NCBI GenBank assembly: GCA_041664905.1
Contig: JBAYJX010000003.1
Span: 537-64,536 of the forward strand
Length of the DNA: 64,000 nucleotides
From: an archaeon
GTDB taxonomy: Archaea; Iainarchaeota; Iainarchaeia; Iainarchaeales; JAAZKV01
Direction of reading: 5' to 3'
Below the pieces are notes generated by a model. That model saw only the letters and a list, made by a program, of their open reading frames with translations. It searched no databases and was not told the origin of the DNA. Within the stretch, counting starts at the first letter, position 1. Each line of letters starts with the position of its first letter. The translations under genes were made by a program, and so were the position numbers. Below are positions 53,912-62,240 of this stretch, piece by piece.

Positions 53912-54327
53912 TTAGTTTCCCTCTTTTTATTATAATCATCTATTGCTGCTCTTAGCGCTTGGTCACCTAAAACCGAGCAGTGGATTTTAATTGCAGGTAA
54001 TCCCCCAAGTCTATCCATAATATCTTTGCCCGTGAGTTTTGCTGCCTTTTCTAAGGCCATTCCGCCTTTGTCTTTTAGCATTACTGATAAAATTGAGGTT
54101 GAGGCAATTGCGCTAGCACACCCAAATGTCCTCCATTTTACATCTTTTATTTTGTCATTTTTTACTTTAATCCACATTTCCATTAAATCGCCGCATTTCA
54201 TGTTTCCTACTTGTCCGTATCCGTCAAAGTTTTTTATTTCACTCGCGCTTTTTAAAAAGTTTTGTGGTGTCATAAAGTGCTTTTTTACTTCAGGTGAATA
54301 AAACCAATCATTTCCTTCTACTTTCAT
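53908..54327 (-). CDS. iscU: Fe-S cluster scaffold IscU/NifU-like
   Basis: 'GNMKCGDLM', 'FGCASAIASTS' and 'KIHCSVLGDQALRAAI'. Confidence 0.85.
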   Translation of the reverse strand: MKVEGNDWFYSPEVKKHFMTPQNFLKSASEIKNFDGYGQVGNMKCGDLMEMWIKVKNDKIKDVKWRTFGCASAIASTSILSVMLKDKGGMALEKAAKLTGKDIMDRLGGLPAIKIHCSVLGDQALRAAIDDYNKKRETK

Positions 54328-55529
54328 TTTTCCATCCTCCTTAGTTCATTTTCATTTTTTCCCCACACTGGGGAAATTTTTCTTAAAAACTCAATTGTTT
54401 CTTTTAGTTGTTTTATTGTGTAATCAATTTGTTTTTTTGTAGTGTCTTTTCCAAGTGAAAATCTTATGCTTCCATGTGCAAGTGCATGATCTCTTCCTAT
54501 AGCAAGTAGTACGTGACTTGGATCAAGTGAGTGGGATGTGCAAGCACTTCCTGTGCTAATCCTAATTCCTTTTTCATTTAATCTTAACAAAATACTTTCG
54601 CCTTCTACGCCTTCAAATGAAGTATTTACATTATTTGGCAAACGATTTTCTCGGTGTCCGTTTAAATAAACGCGTGGAATTTCTTTTTCTACTTTTTTTA
54701 TTAAATAATTTCTAAGTGCTGTAAGTCGTTTGCTTTCTTTTTTCTTTTCTTTTTCTGCGAGAGTTAGTGCCGTAGCGAGCGCAATAATTCCGGGAACATT
54801 TTCAGTTCCTGCCCTCATTCCTCCTTCGTGTGCCCCGCCATGGATTAAAGCTTCAAGTTTTACTTCCGCTTTTTTGTATAACAACCCTGTTCCCTTGAAA
54901 GCGTATACTTTGCTTCCATTTAGGGTCATTAAATCTACTCCGAGTTCTTTTACATTCAAATTCAAATACTCTGCTCCTTGGCAGGCATCAGTGTGGAAAA
55001 GCGTGTTGTGTGTGTGACACACTAAAGAAATTTCTTTTAAGGGTTGTATTGTCCCAATTTCATTGTTTGCGTACATTATTGAAACCATTAAAACATTTCC
55101 CAAATTTTCAGTAAGTAATTTTTTCAAATCTTTTAAATCAACAGTTCCGGTTTCATCTACTTTTACAAATAGTGTGTTAAATCCAAATCTCTCCAGCCAC
55201 TTTAGTGTTTCAAGTACTGCGTGGTGTTCTGTTTTCTGAGTAATAAAAACTCCTTTTTTGCCTTCAAGCATTGAATGGAATGCAACCCCTTTTAGTGCGA
55301 GGTTAATGCTTTCTGTTCCGCTTCCAGTAAAAATTATTTCTTCAGGAGCACAATTTAATGTTTTGGCAATATTTGCACGTGCTTCAATAATCGCTTTTTT
55401 TGCAACTAGCCCAGTTGAGTGAAATGAGCTAGGGTTTCCAAATTTTTCAGTAAAGTAAGGCAAAGCCTCTTTTAGTGCTTCTTTTCTTGTTGGAGTAGTT
55501 GAGGAGTAATCTAAATATGTTTCTTTCAT
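54324..55529 (-). CDS. iscS: cysteine desulfurase (NifS/IscS)
   Basis: 'FTGSGTESINLA', 'HTDACQ', 'LNGSKVYAFKG' (PLP Lys) and 'STGSACTS' (active-site Cys). Confidence 0.9.
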   Translation of the reverse strand: MKETYLDYSSTTPTRKEALKEALPYFTEKFGNPSSFHSTGLVAKKAIIEARANIAKTLNCAPEEIIFTGSGTESINLALKGVAFHSMLEGKKGVFITQKTEHHAVLETLKWLERFGFNTLFVKVDETGTVDLKDLKKLLTENLGNVLMVSIMYANNEIGTIQPLKEISLVCHTHNTLFHTDACQGAEYLNLNVKELGVDLMTLNGSKVYAFKGTGLLYKKAEVKLEALIHGGAHEGGMRAGTENVPGIIALATALTLAEKEKKKESKRLTALRNYLIKKVEKEIPRVYLNGHRENRLPNNVNTSFEGVEGESILLRLNEKGIRISTGSACTSHSLDPSHVLLAIGRDHALAHGSIRFSLGKDTTKKQIDYTIKQLKETIEFLRKISPVWGKNENELRRMEK

Positions 55530-56029
55530 TTTCTGCGCCTCCTAATTGGTTTAATTATGACTTTTGGTTTAACTAGTTTTTTTTGCAATTTTGTTCGTTG
55601 AAAAGTTCTATAACTTAGATAAATATCTTTTCCATAATTCATTATTAATTTTAAGTGCGCCTTAGAACCTGTCTTTCCTAAAGCCATTGCCATTTTTGCT
55701 TTAGCATTTTTTAGCGAGTATCCTCGAGCCAGTAAACAAGCTAATGCAAATGCAGGAGAAGTATCCATGCCCGCGTAGCAAAAGATTGCATAATTTGTTT
55801 TTAATGAATTTGCGCTTTTTATTAGATTTGCACTTGCCAAGTTATTTATCAGGGGGTGGTTGTCTGTTTGATAAGTGTGATAATTAATTCCTTCAAATTG
55901 TGGCAATTTGTGGTGTGGTGGCAAAAAGAAAACATCTGCTATGTTGTGTTCTCTTAAGCGGCTTTCCTTAAATGGGGTCATGAAGTCTCCAAAAAAAATA
56001 TTTGTCCCGGGTATGTTTGTGAGAGGCAT
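55526..56029 (-). CDS. dual-specificity-phosphatase-like protein with a non-canonical active-site loop
   Basis: DSP-like spacing, with 'IFCYAGMDTSPAFALACLL' where HCxxGxxRS is expected (Arg replaced by Thr). AAGGTGA lies upstream of the ATG at 56029. Tail 'KPIRRRRK'. Confidence 0.45.
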   Translation of the reverse strand: MPLTNIPGTNIFFGDFMTPFKESRLREHNIADVFFLPPHHKLPQFEGINYHTYQTDNHPLINNLASANLIKSANSLKTNYAIFCYAGMDTSPAFALACLLARGYSLKNAKAKMAMALGKTGSKAHLKLIMNYGKDIYLSYRTFQRTKLQKKLVKPKVIIKPIRRRRK

Positions 56030-56040
56030 TTTGTTCACCT

Positions 56041-56352
56041 TTAAGCGTGTCTGCATTTGCAGTGTTTTTCCGCGTGGTCTTCAAATATTTCAAATAATGT
56101 TTTGTTTTTGTTTGTTGAAAAAATATCTGATTTTAAGTAATAAATGCTTGTTTTTCCTTCTTTTCGGTAGTCAACGAAACTACATTTTCTTAGTTGTGTT
56201 AGGGCGTGACTGACTAAACTTTGTTCTCTTCCTAGTTCTGTGCAAATTTCTTGTACTGTTCTTGGCTTTTCAATTAATAATCCAATTATTTGGCTTCGGA
56301 GTTTGTTTCCTAAGATTTCCATGCATTTGTGTACGCCAGGCTTTTCTTTCAT
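56041..56352 (-). CDS. ArsR-family winged-helix transcription regulator
   Basis: 'LGNKLRSQIIGLL...TVQEICTELGREQSLVSHALTQLRK'. Confidence 0.8.
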   Translation of the reverse strand: MKEKPGVHKCMEILGNKLRSQIIGLLIEKPRTVQEICTELGREQSLVSHALTQLRKCSFVDYRKEGKTSIYYLKSDIFSTNKNKTLFEIFEDHAEKHCKCRHA

Positions 56353-56440
56353 ATGAATTAGTATTCATGTTTGGCTTTTTAATCTTATCTGGTACAGTTT
56401 AAAATTTAGGGCATTCCAATTAGAATGCCAATTAAAAAAT

Positions 56441-56767
56441 TTATTGAGTAGTTCCTTTGTAAGTTATTTTTTTAGTGGTTCCGTCTTCGCCCCACATGTA
56501 TGTCATGTCAACGGGTTTGTCGCGTTCAAGTACTACTTGTTTGTCTCCAGGGTTAGCCATTTTTAATGTGAATAACTTTGAGAACCTTACTACTGCTCGG
56601 TCTCCTGATATTTTCAATAGTTCATAAACAGATTCTTCGTTTCCGTTTCCTCTTATTCTATCAAATTTTTCTCCTTCTTCCACTTCAAAAACTTCATCAG
56701 TAATGTCTTTTTTGAATGGGGGTTTCCAAGAGCTCTTTATTGTTCTAATTTCAAATTTTGCCTTCAT
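56441..56767 (-). CDS. hypothetical protein
   Basis: ORF with AGGTG 7 nt upstream of the ATG at 56767. Confidence 0.4.
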   Translation of the reverse strand: MKAKFEIRTIKSSWKPPFKKDITDEVFEVEEGEKFDRIRGNGNEESVYELLKISGDRAVVRFSKLFTLKMANPGDKQVVLERDKPVDMTYMWGEDGTTKKITYKGTTQ

Positions 56768-56990
56768 AAGTAACACCTGCGCAGGAAATTCTAGTCTTTA
56801 CTTTTGCTGACCTGATTTTAGCCAGTTTTTCCGCACAATTAGATGCCGACTTTCCTTATAAACCTTGCTTTTTTGGCCGTTTTGTAATTAAGTTTTGAAG
56901 TTAGGTGTCTGTCTAAAAGGGGTTTTGGGAGTAAAACATGACTTTGGCAAGTTTAAAAAACAAATTAAGCCTAGTATTTGAGGTAACAAA

Positions 56991-57572
56991 ATGGATGAGC
57001 CGATTAAAAAATTTAAGGCTTGTGTGGTTGAGGCGGCAAGTAACCCTAATTTTATTCACCACAAGTGGTTTGTAAAGTGGCATCTTGAGTTAGTGGATAA
57101 ATTGGCCAGTGAGCTTTGTGATATTTATAAAAGTGCAGATAGAGATTTGGTTGAACTACTAGTCTGGCTTCACGATTATGGGAAAATACTTGATTTTGAT
57201 AAAGAGCATGAAACAACATTGTTAAAAGGAAAACAAAAGTTACTTGAGCTTGGTTTTCCAAAACCAACTATTTTGAAAGCCATTAAATATGTTGAGCTAA
57301 TGGATAAAAAAGATAAACTTGATAAAGCTCCGATTGAAGTCAAAATAGTTTCTTCTGCTGACGGGGCCGCACATTTAATTGGTCCGTTTTTTCCAATTCA
57401 TTGGTATGAAAACCCTAAAACAGGCATTGAGGAACTAATGCAAGGTCACATATCTAAAGCATTAAGTGATTGGAATAAAAAAATTGTTTTGCCCGAAATT
57501 AAAAAAGCGTTTAAAACAAGACACGAGTTTTTGTTAGAAACAAACGGCAAACTTCCTAAACACTTCCTTTAA
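56991..57572 (+). CDS. HD-domain metal-dependent phosphohydrolase
   Basis: 'HHKWFVKWH' ... 'LVWLHDYGK'. Confidence 0.65.
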   Translation: MDEPIKKFKACVVEAASNPNFIHHKWFVKWHLELVDKLASELCDIYKSADRDLVELLVWLHDYGKILDFDKEHETTLLKGKQKLLELGFPKPTILKAIKYVELMDKKDKLDKAPIEVKIVSSADGAAHLIGPFFPIHWYENPKTGIEELMQGHISKALSDWNKKIVLPEIKKAFKTRHEFLLETNGKLPKHFL

Positions 57573-57706
57573 ACAAAATAAGAATTGTTAAATCGTTTTT
57601 GTTATTTTTTAGATAGTTTTCTTGTCCGCAATTATTTGTGTTTTCTGCGGCGGCACTATCCTTGGCTTAGCTTTATATAAGTGGGGAATCTTTTATCTTA
57701 ATTAGT

Positions 57707-58786
57707 ATGTTTAATGATTTTTTAGACAAGGCGGTTTTGGCAGTCAAAACAAGGCAGTCCTATAATGAAAGGCTTGCTAGTTTTCTTGCGCAGTTAAAGA
57801 CTAAACCTTCTCCTAATTTATCAGAACCAGTTGTTTTAAGTGTTGAGAAAACCCCTTTTTCGGGTTCGGTTGCAGGAGTAGATTCAGGTTTTGTTTCAAA
57901 AAAACTTTCTTTTTTAGATTTAGTTTTAGTAAAAACAACTGGAGTTGTGTTCACTTACAAAGAGGGTCAACTGCTTGATGCAAAGTATCACCCAGCTCCT
58001 TTTTCTTTTCCCGAACCGCTTCTTCTTCGTTCGGGTCTTGAGCGGGATGAAGAGGCTCAAAGTGTTTCGCTTATTCGCTTGGAACAAGAAGTTAATTGTG
58101 CGATTGATGTGATAAAAAAGTTTAAACCAAAGTACTTGTTTATTGACGGTTCAATAGTTCCCCAGTATCAGGATAAGCCTAGAAAGGAATCTGAAATAAA
58201 TAATGATTATGAATCTATTGTGAAACTCTTCCAAAAGTTATACAAAGTCGCAGAGGATAATTCTTCTACTCTTGTTGCATGTGTAGAGGATTCTCGCGGT
58301 ACAAGGTTTAGACAAATATTACAGGAAGAAGTTCTTCCAATGAATAAAATAAATTTAGATAAAACTCTTCTTGACGGGGCTTTTGATGCTTCTCTTTTAG
58401 ATTATTATTTGTTGCAAGGCGAAAGAACCTTTGCTTTTTCTTACACTAACTCTGTTTCTGCTCACGCAATTCTAAAGGATTATGATAACGAGTGGGCAAA
58501 AAGTATTTTTGTTTTTTATTTAAAGTGTTCCACTTTTGATAAACCTTTAAGAGTTGAATTTATTTGTAAGGACAAAAAAGATTTGTCAAAGTGTGCTAAA
58601 GAGATTTCAGAAATTGTTTTTTCCTTATCTTCTCTTCATCGAGAGTATTCTTTTCCAAGTATTTTGATTGAAGCTGACTTAAGAGCAGGTTTAAGTGAAC
58701 AAGAGATTTCAGTAGTATACGATAGATTAGTTGATCAATTAGGTGGCAAAGTAAGAATGAGAAGAACAAATAGGCCTTTTAATTAA
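57707..58786 (+). CDS. nurA: NurA 5'-3' nuclease
   Basis: 'VAGVDSGF' and 'YLFIDGSIVPQ' (NurA catalytic Asp motifs). Length and pattern are typical. Confidence 0.75.
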   Translation: MFNDFLDKAVLAVKTRQSYNERLASFLAQLKTKPSPNLSEPVVLSVEKTPFSGSVAGVDSGFVSKKLSFLDLVLVKTTGVVFTYKEGQLLDAKYHPAPFSFPEPLLLRSGLERDEEAQSVSLIRLEQEVNCAIDVIKKFKPKYLFIDGSIVPQYQDKPRKESEINNDYESIVKLFQKLYKVAEDNSSTLVACVEDSRGTRFRQILQEEVLPMNKINLDKTLLDGAFDASLLDYYLLQGERTFAFSYTNSVSAHAILKDYDNEWAKSIFVFYLKCSTFDKPLRVEFICKDKKDLSKCAKEISEIVFSLSSLHREYSFPSILIEADLRAGLSEQEISVVYDRLVDQLGGKVRMRRTNRPFN

Positions 58787-58811
58787 AACTGTGTGTGTTA
58801 TACGTGAAAGC

Positions 58812-59441
58812 ATGAGTGCCGAAGAATATGAAGTTAAACTTTTTGGGCGAACAGATTACGGTTCAGACAACAAAGCAATTTTGCCTAATGATGCTTTGGG
58901 TTTGATTAAGTCCCCTATGTCATTTTTTATGTTTCAAATTTTATCAAAAGGGGATTCTAAGTGTGTTGCACAAATAGAATTTGTATTAAGAAATAATGAA
59001 AAAGAACCTATTTTGAGCGTTTATGGTTCTAGTGAGGAACTGAAAGAATCTCTTACTTTTTTTAGAGTGTATCGTCAAACTCCTTTTAGGCTTCTTCTTT
59101 TTTCTGCACTTACTTTGGCAAGAAAAAAAGGGATTAGAAAGTTTTATTCGGAAGCTGGAATGGTGGACCTTGGCAGGGGGCATGCAGCACAAATGCGTGA
59201 AGGTCTATTTAAGCACATTTCTAAAGGAAAAACCTATGGATGGCATGCACACAAGATTGGAGTTTTCCCACCGTTGTCTCTTTTGGGTTTAACTAGAATG
59301 ATTCAAAAACATGTGCCTGTTCCTACTCGCTTTTTACCCCCTACATCCGTTTTGCGAAAGAAACGGGCGACGAGTTATATTGTACTTAGAAGGAATCGGG
59401 TAAGAAAGAGAATGCCCTTTCGGGGGCTAAGGCGGAAGTGA
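58812..59441 (+). CDS. hypothetical protein P1, possibly a degenerate GNAT-like core, with a conserved basic C-terminal tail
   Basis: 'FFRVYRQTPFRLLLFSALTLARKKGIRKFY' and tail 'PVPTRFLPPTSVLRKKRATSYIVLRRNR'. Paralog of the next gene. Confidence 0.45.
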   Translation: MSAEEYEVKLFGRTDYGSDNKAILPNDALGLIKSPMSFFMFQILSKGDSKCVAQIEFVLRNNEKEPILSVYGSSEELKESLTFFRVYRQTPFRLLLFSALTLARKKGIRKFYSEAGMVDLGRGHAAQMREGLFKHISKGKTYGWHAHKIGVFPPLSLLGLTRMIQKHVPVPTRFLPPTSVLRKKRATSYIVLRRNRVRKRMPFRGLRRK

Positions 59442-59499
59442 GCGGTGAAAATAATATTTTTAAAGCAGGCTTTAATTGAATTTGTTTAAATTGATTTTT

Positions 59500-60120
59500 A
59501 TGGTTAAACCAAAGTATGAGTTAATTATTGATGATGGTAACACGCCTAGGGATAAGAGTGTTTTGTCTGATGAGCGTGAGCTCGAACTAGGTTTGTTTTT
59601 GACTATTCGCGAGACTTCAAATAAAATTAGTGTGGCTAATATTCATTTCTCGATTTCTTGGATTGGCAAAGAACGATTAATGCGAATAACTAGTTCCTCC
59701 CAGAATAAAATGCGCGTACTTGATTTTTTTAGGGTTTTTAGACAGTCGCCTTTTCGTCTTCTTTTGCTTTCCACTTTTTCCATTGCAAAGAAAACTGGGG
59801 CGACTAAGTTTTTTTCTGGTTCGGGTATGGGGGATTTTGGACAGGCGCATCGTAAACAGGAAGCTGAAGGGTTGTTTAAGCACGTTAAATTCGTTGGTCC
59901 CTCAACAGATACTTTTCATGAGTTAGGTGTATTTCCTAGTCTTAGTGTTAGTGAACTAAGTAGTATTCTTAAAAGAGAAAAGCCTGTTCCAAAAAGGCTT
60001 CTTTCGCCGTCTTCGCCTTTAAGAAAAGTTAGGGCTGCAAGTTATGTTAAGCTTAAACTAAATCGGCTTGGTAAAACAAAATACGAAGCATCAAAAAAAT
60101 TGAGGGTTGTTGGTAAATGA
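59500..60120 (+). CDS. hypothetical protein P2 (paralog of P1)
   Basis: 'FFRVFRQSPFRLLLLSTFSIAKKTGATKFF' and tail 'PVPKRLLSPSSPLRKVRAASYVKLKLNR'. Confidence 0.45.
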   Translation: MVKPKYELIIDDGNTPRDKSVLSDERELELGLFLTIRETSNKISVANIHFSISWIGKERLMRITSSSQNKMRVLDFFRVFRQSPFRLLLLSTFSIAKKTGATKFFSGSGMGDFGQAHRKQEAEGLFKHVKFVGPSTDTFHELGVFPSLSVSELSSILKREKPVPKRLLSPSSPLRKVRAASYVKLKLNRLGKTKYEASKKLRVVGK

Positions 60121-60725
60121 TTAAGTGTATTTTTTTTGATTTGGGGGGAGTAGTTCTTCCTACTCCAATTGAAGGGGTTTTAACCGAAATTGCGCGAGAA
60201 CTAAATATTCCAGTTGCATTTTTAAATCAAGTTAGGAACGAAAACAAGGAAGCTCTTTGGGATGGAAAAATGTCAGTTAAAGATATTGTTGTATTAGTTA
60301 AAAAAGAATTTTCTCTTCCAAGTAGTGTTGAAGATATTTTGGGTATTTGGGAGAAAACTTATTTGCGAGTAAATTTGCCCGACCCAAAGGTTATTCTTTT
60401 AATAAAAAATTTAAAGAAAAAGTACAAGGTTGGTTTTATTTCTAATTTGTGGGATTTATCTGCGCAAATTAACCGGAAAAGAAAGTTGTGTGCGGATTTT
60501 GACTTGTGTGTATTTTCTTGCGAACTTGGGATACACAAACCCCAAAAAGAGATTTTTGATTTAGCAATAAAAAAAGCTGGTTGTTTGGGCGAAGAGTGCG
60601 TTTTTATTGATGATAGGAAAGAATATTTCAAAGTTGCTGAGGAAGCTGGTATGAAAACTTTTGAATACAAAGGGTTAGATCAACTTGTTTTGGAACTAAA
60701 AGAGCTTGGGGTTGAAGTTAAATGA
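60117..60725 (+). CDS. HAD-superfamily hydrolase
   Basis: Motif I 'IFFDLGGVV', 'ISNLW', 'FIDDRKEY'. ATGA overlap with P2. Confidence 0.75.
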   Translation: MIKCIFFDLGGVVLPTPIEGVLTEIARELNIPVAFLNQVRNENKEALWDGKMSVKDIVVLVKKEFSLPSSVEDILGIWEKTYLRVNLPDPKVILLIKNLKKKYKVGFISNLWDLSAQINRKRKLCADFDLCVFSCELGIHKPQKEIFDLAIKKAGCLGEECVFIDDRKEYFKVAEEAGMKTFEYKGLDQLVLELKELGVEVK

Positions 60726-61396
60726 TTAAAGCGGTTGTTTTTGATTTGTGGGAAACCTTAATTCCTGCCACTATTGATTTTGTGCATTTGGCATCTCTTT
60801 TGAAAAAAGGGAAAGTTCCAATGCACGATTTTCTTAGGCGTTATGAGCTTGCTGTTCAATTAAAAAAGTACAGGGGCGTTGAAGAGTTAAGAAAAGATTT
60901 TTTTAAAGCATTTGGTGAGGAAAATAAGGAGACTTTGGAAGAAGAATTGTATGAAGTTTTTTTTAACAGGTTCGATAAAATAAGGTATTATCCAGAAGCC
61001 GAAGAAGTGTTAAAGAAACTAAAGTCCGAGGGATATAAGTTAGCCCTTCTTTCAAACACAGAGAGTGTTCACGCCTCAGAAATAGTAAAGAAATTGTCTT
61101 TTGAAAAATATTTTGACGCTTTGTGTTTTAGTTTTGAAATTGGTGCGATAAAGCCTGATGAAAAGGTTTTTAGGTGTGCTTTAAATGAACTTAAAATTAA
61201 ACCAAGTGAGGCCCTAATGGTTGGTAATTCTCTTCGTTCTGATATTGGGGGCGCACAAAAAGTTGGTATGCATACTTGTTGGATAAATAGAAAAGAAAGA
61301 CCAATTGATTCAGTTACCGTAAAGTCCGAGTTTGAGATTTCTTCACTTGACAAGATTTTTTGGGTGCTTGGGGAATTAAACTCAAATCAAAAGTAG
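60722..61396 (+). CDS. HAD-superfamily hydrolase
   Basis: Motif I 'VVFDLWETL', 'LLSNTE', 'VGNSLRSDIGGA'. ATGA overlap with the previous HAD gene. Confidence 0.75.
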   Translation: MIKAVVFDLWETLIPATIDFVHLASLLKKGKVPMHDFLRRYELAVQLKKYRGVEELRKDFFKAFGEENKETLEEELYEVFFNRFDKIRYYPEAEEVLKKLKSEGYKLALLSNTESVHASEIVKKLSFEKYFDALCFSFEIGAIKPDEKVFRCALNELKIKPSEALMVGNSLRSDIGGAQKVGMHTCWINRKERPIDSVTVKSEFEISSLDKIFWVLGELNSNQK

Positions 61397-61414
61397 ATTT
61401 TGTATTATATTTAG

Positions 61415-62182
61415 GTGTTTTTTGTGGTGCGGGTTGTTCGTCATGTTCCTATTAAGAAAAAATTATCGCTTCGCGAAATGAGAGGGCAAACTTTTGCTGT
61501 GCGATCAGTTAGTTCTGTTTTTGTTCATCCGCGCAAGGTTATGGGTGCACGTTTTACTAAAGTAAATTCGGGAAAAGAAGCGGTTCTTTATAAGGATAAA
61601 AAAACAAAACACATTTTCAAGTTTTGGAGACAAGATTGGATTCTCTCAACTTACAAAATGTATTTGAATGGCACTCCTGTGCATAGGCGTGCTGCAATTA
61701 GAGCGGCACGTAGATTTGATTTGAGGGATCATCAGATTTTTCAGACCACTGAATCAAAGGAAATTCCTCATCACGGTATTCCTCTTAATCAGTTCGCCCA
61801 GATTACTTTTGTGTTATCTGGGATGACCGAGGATGTTTTGTCTCGTGCAAAAAAACTTGGGATTCCTTGTCCGTCTTATGCTAAAATGGTGCATCACCCG
61901 ACTAAGGAGATGTTTGTTGTTGAGTTAAGTGATTTATCAAAACCAGGGTGTATAATTGTTTCTGCTAATGAGATAACTTCTTTGGAAATAAAAAAAGGAA
62001 TAAAGAATTTTGATGAAATAATTGAGGGGATTGAATCTGATAAAAAACTTTTAGCTTCAATTGGATTAAAGTCGGATGAATCTCAGCACCCTCCTCTTTC
62101 GGGCTGGCTTGTTAGGATAAATAAAAAAACAGGGGTTGCTAAAAGGTTTCTTTGGGATGTAACAAATCTTTCATATGCCTGA
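61415..62182 (+). CDS. hypothetical basic protein (start uncertain: GTG at 61415 or 61424, or ATG at 61478)
   Basis: ORF with no recognised motif. 'GKEAVLYKDKKTKHIFKF' and 'WLVRINKKTGVAKRFLWDV'. Confidence 0.4.
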   Translation: MFFVVRVVRHVPIKKKLSLREMRGQTFAVRSVSSVFVHPRKVMGARFTKVNSGKEAVLYKDKKTKHIFKFWRQDWILSTYKMYLNGTPVHRRAAIRAARRFDLRDHQIFQTTESKEIPHHGIPLNQFAQITFVLSGMTEDVLSRAKKLGIPCPSYAKMVHHPTKEMFVVELSDLSKPGCIIVSANEITSLEIKKGIKNFDEIIEGIESDKKLLASIGLKSDESQHPPLSGWLVRINKKTGVAKRFLWDVTNLSYA

Positions 62183-62240
62183 ATATTGTCGGCAAATCAC
62201 TGGCAGTTGATTTAAAAATAACTTCTTCTTTTCTTTTGTT

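Noticed and set aside
53484-53915. 143-aa + strand ORF.
   Set aside because: It is antisense to the cytidylyltransferase gene, whose HxGH motif establishes the minus strand as coding.
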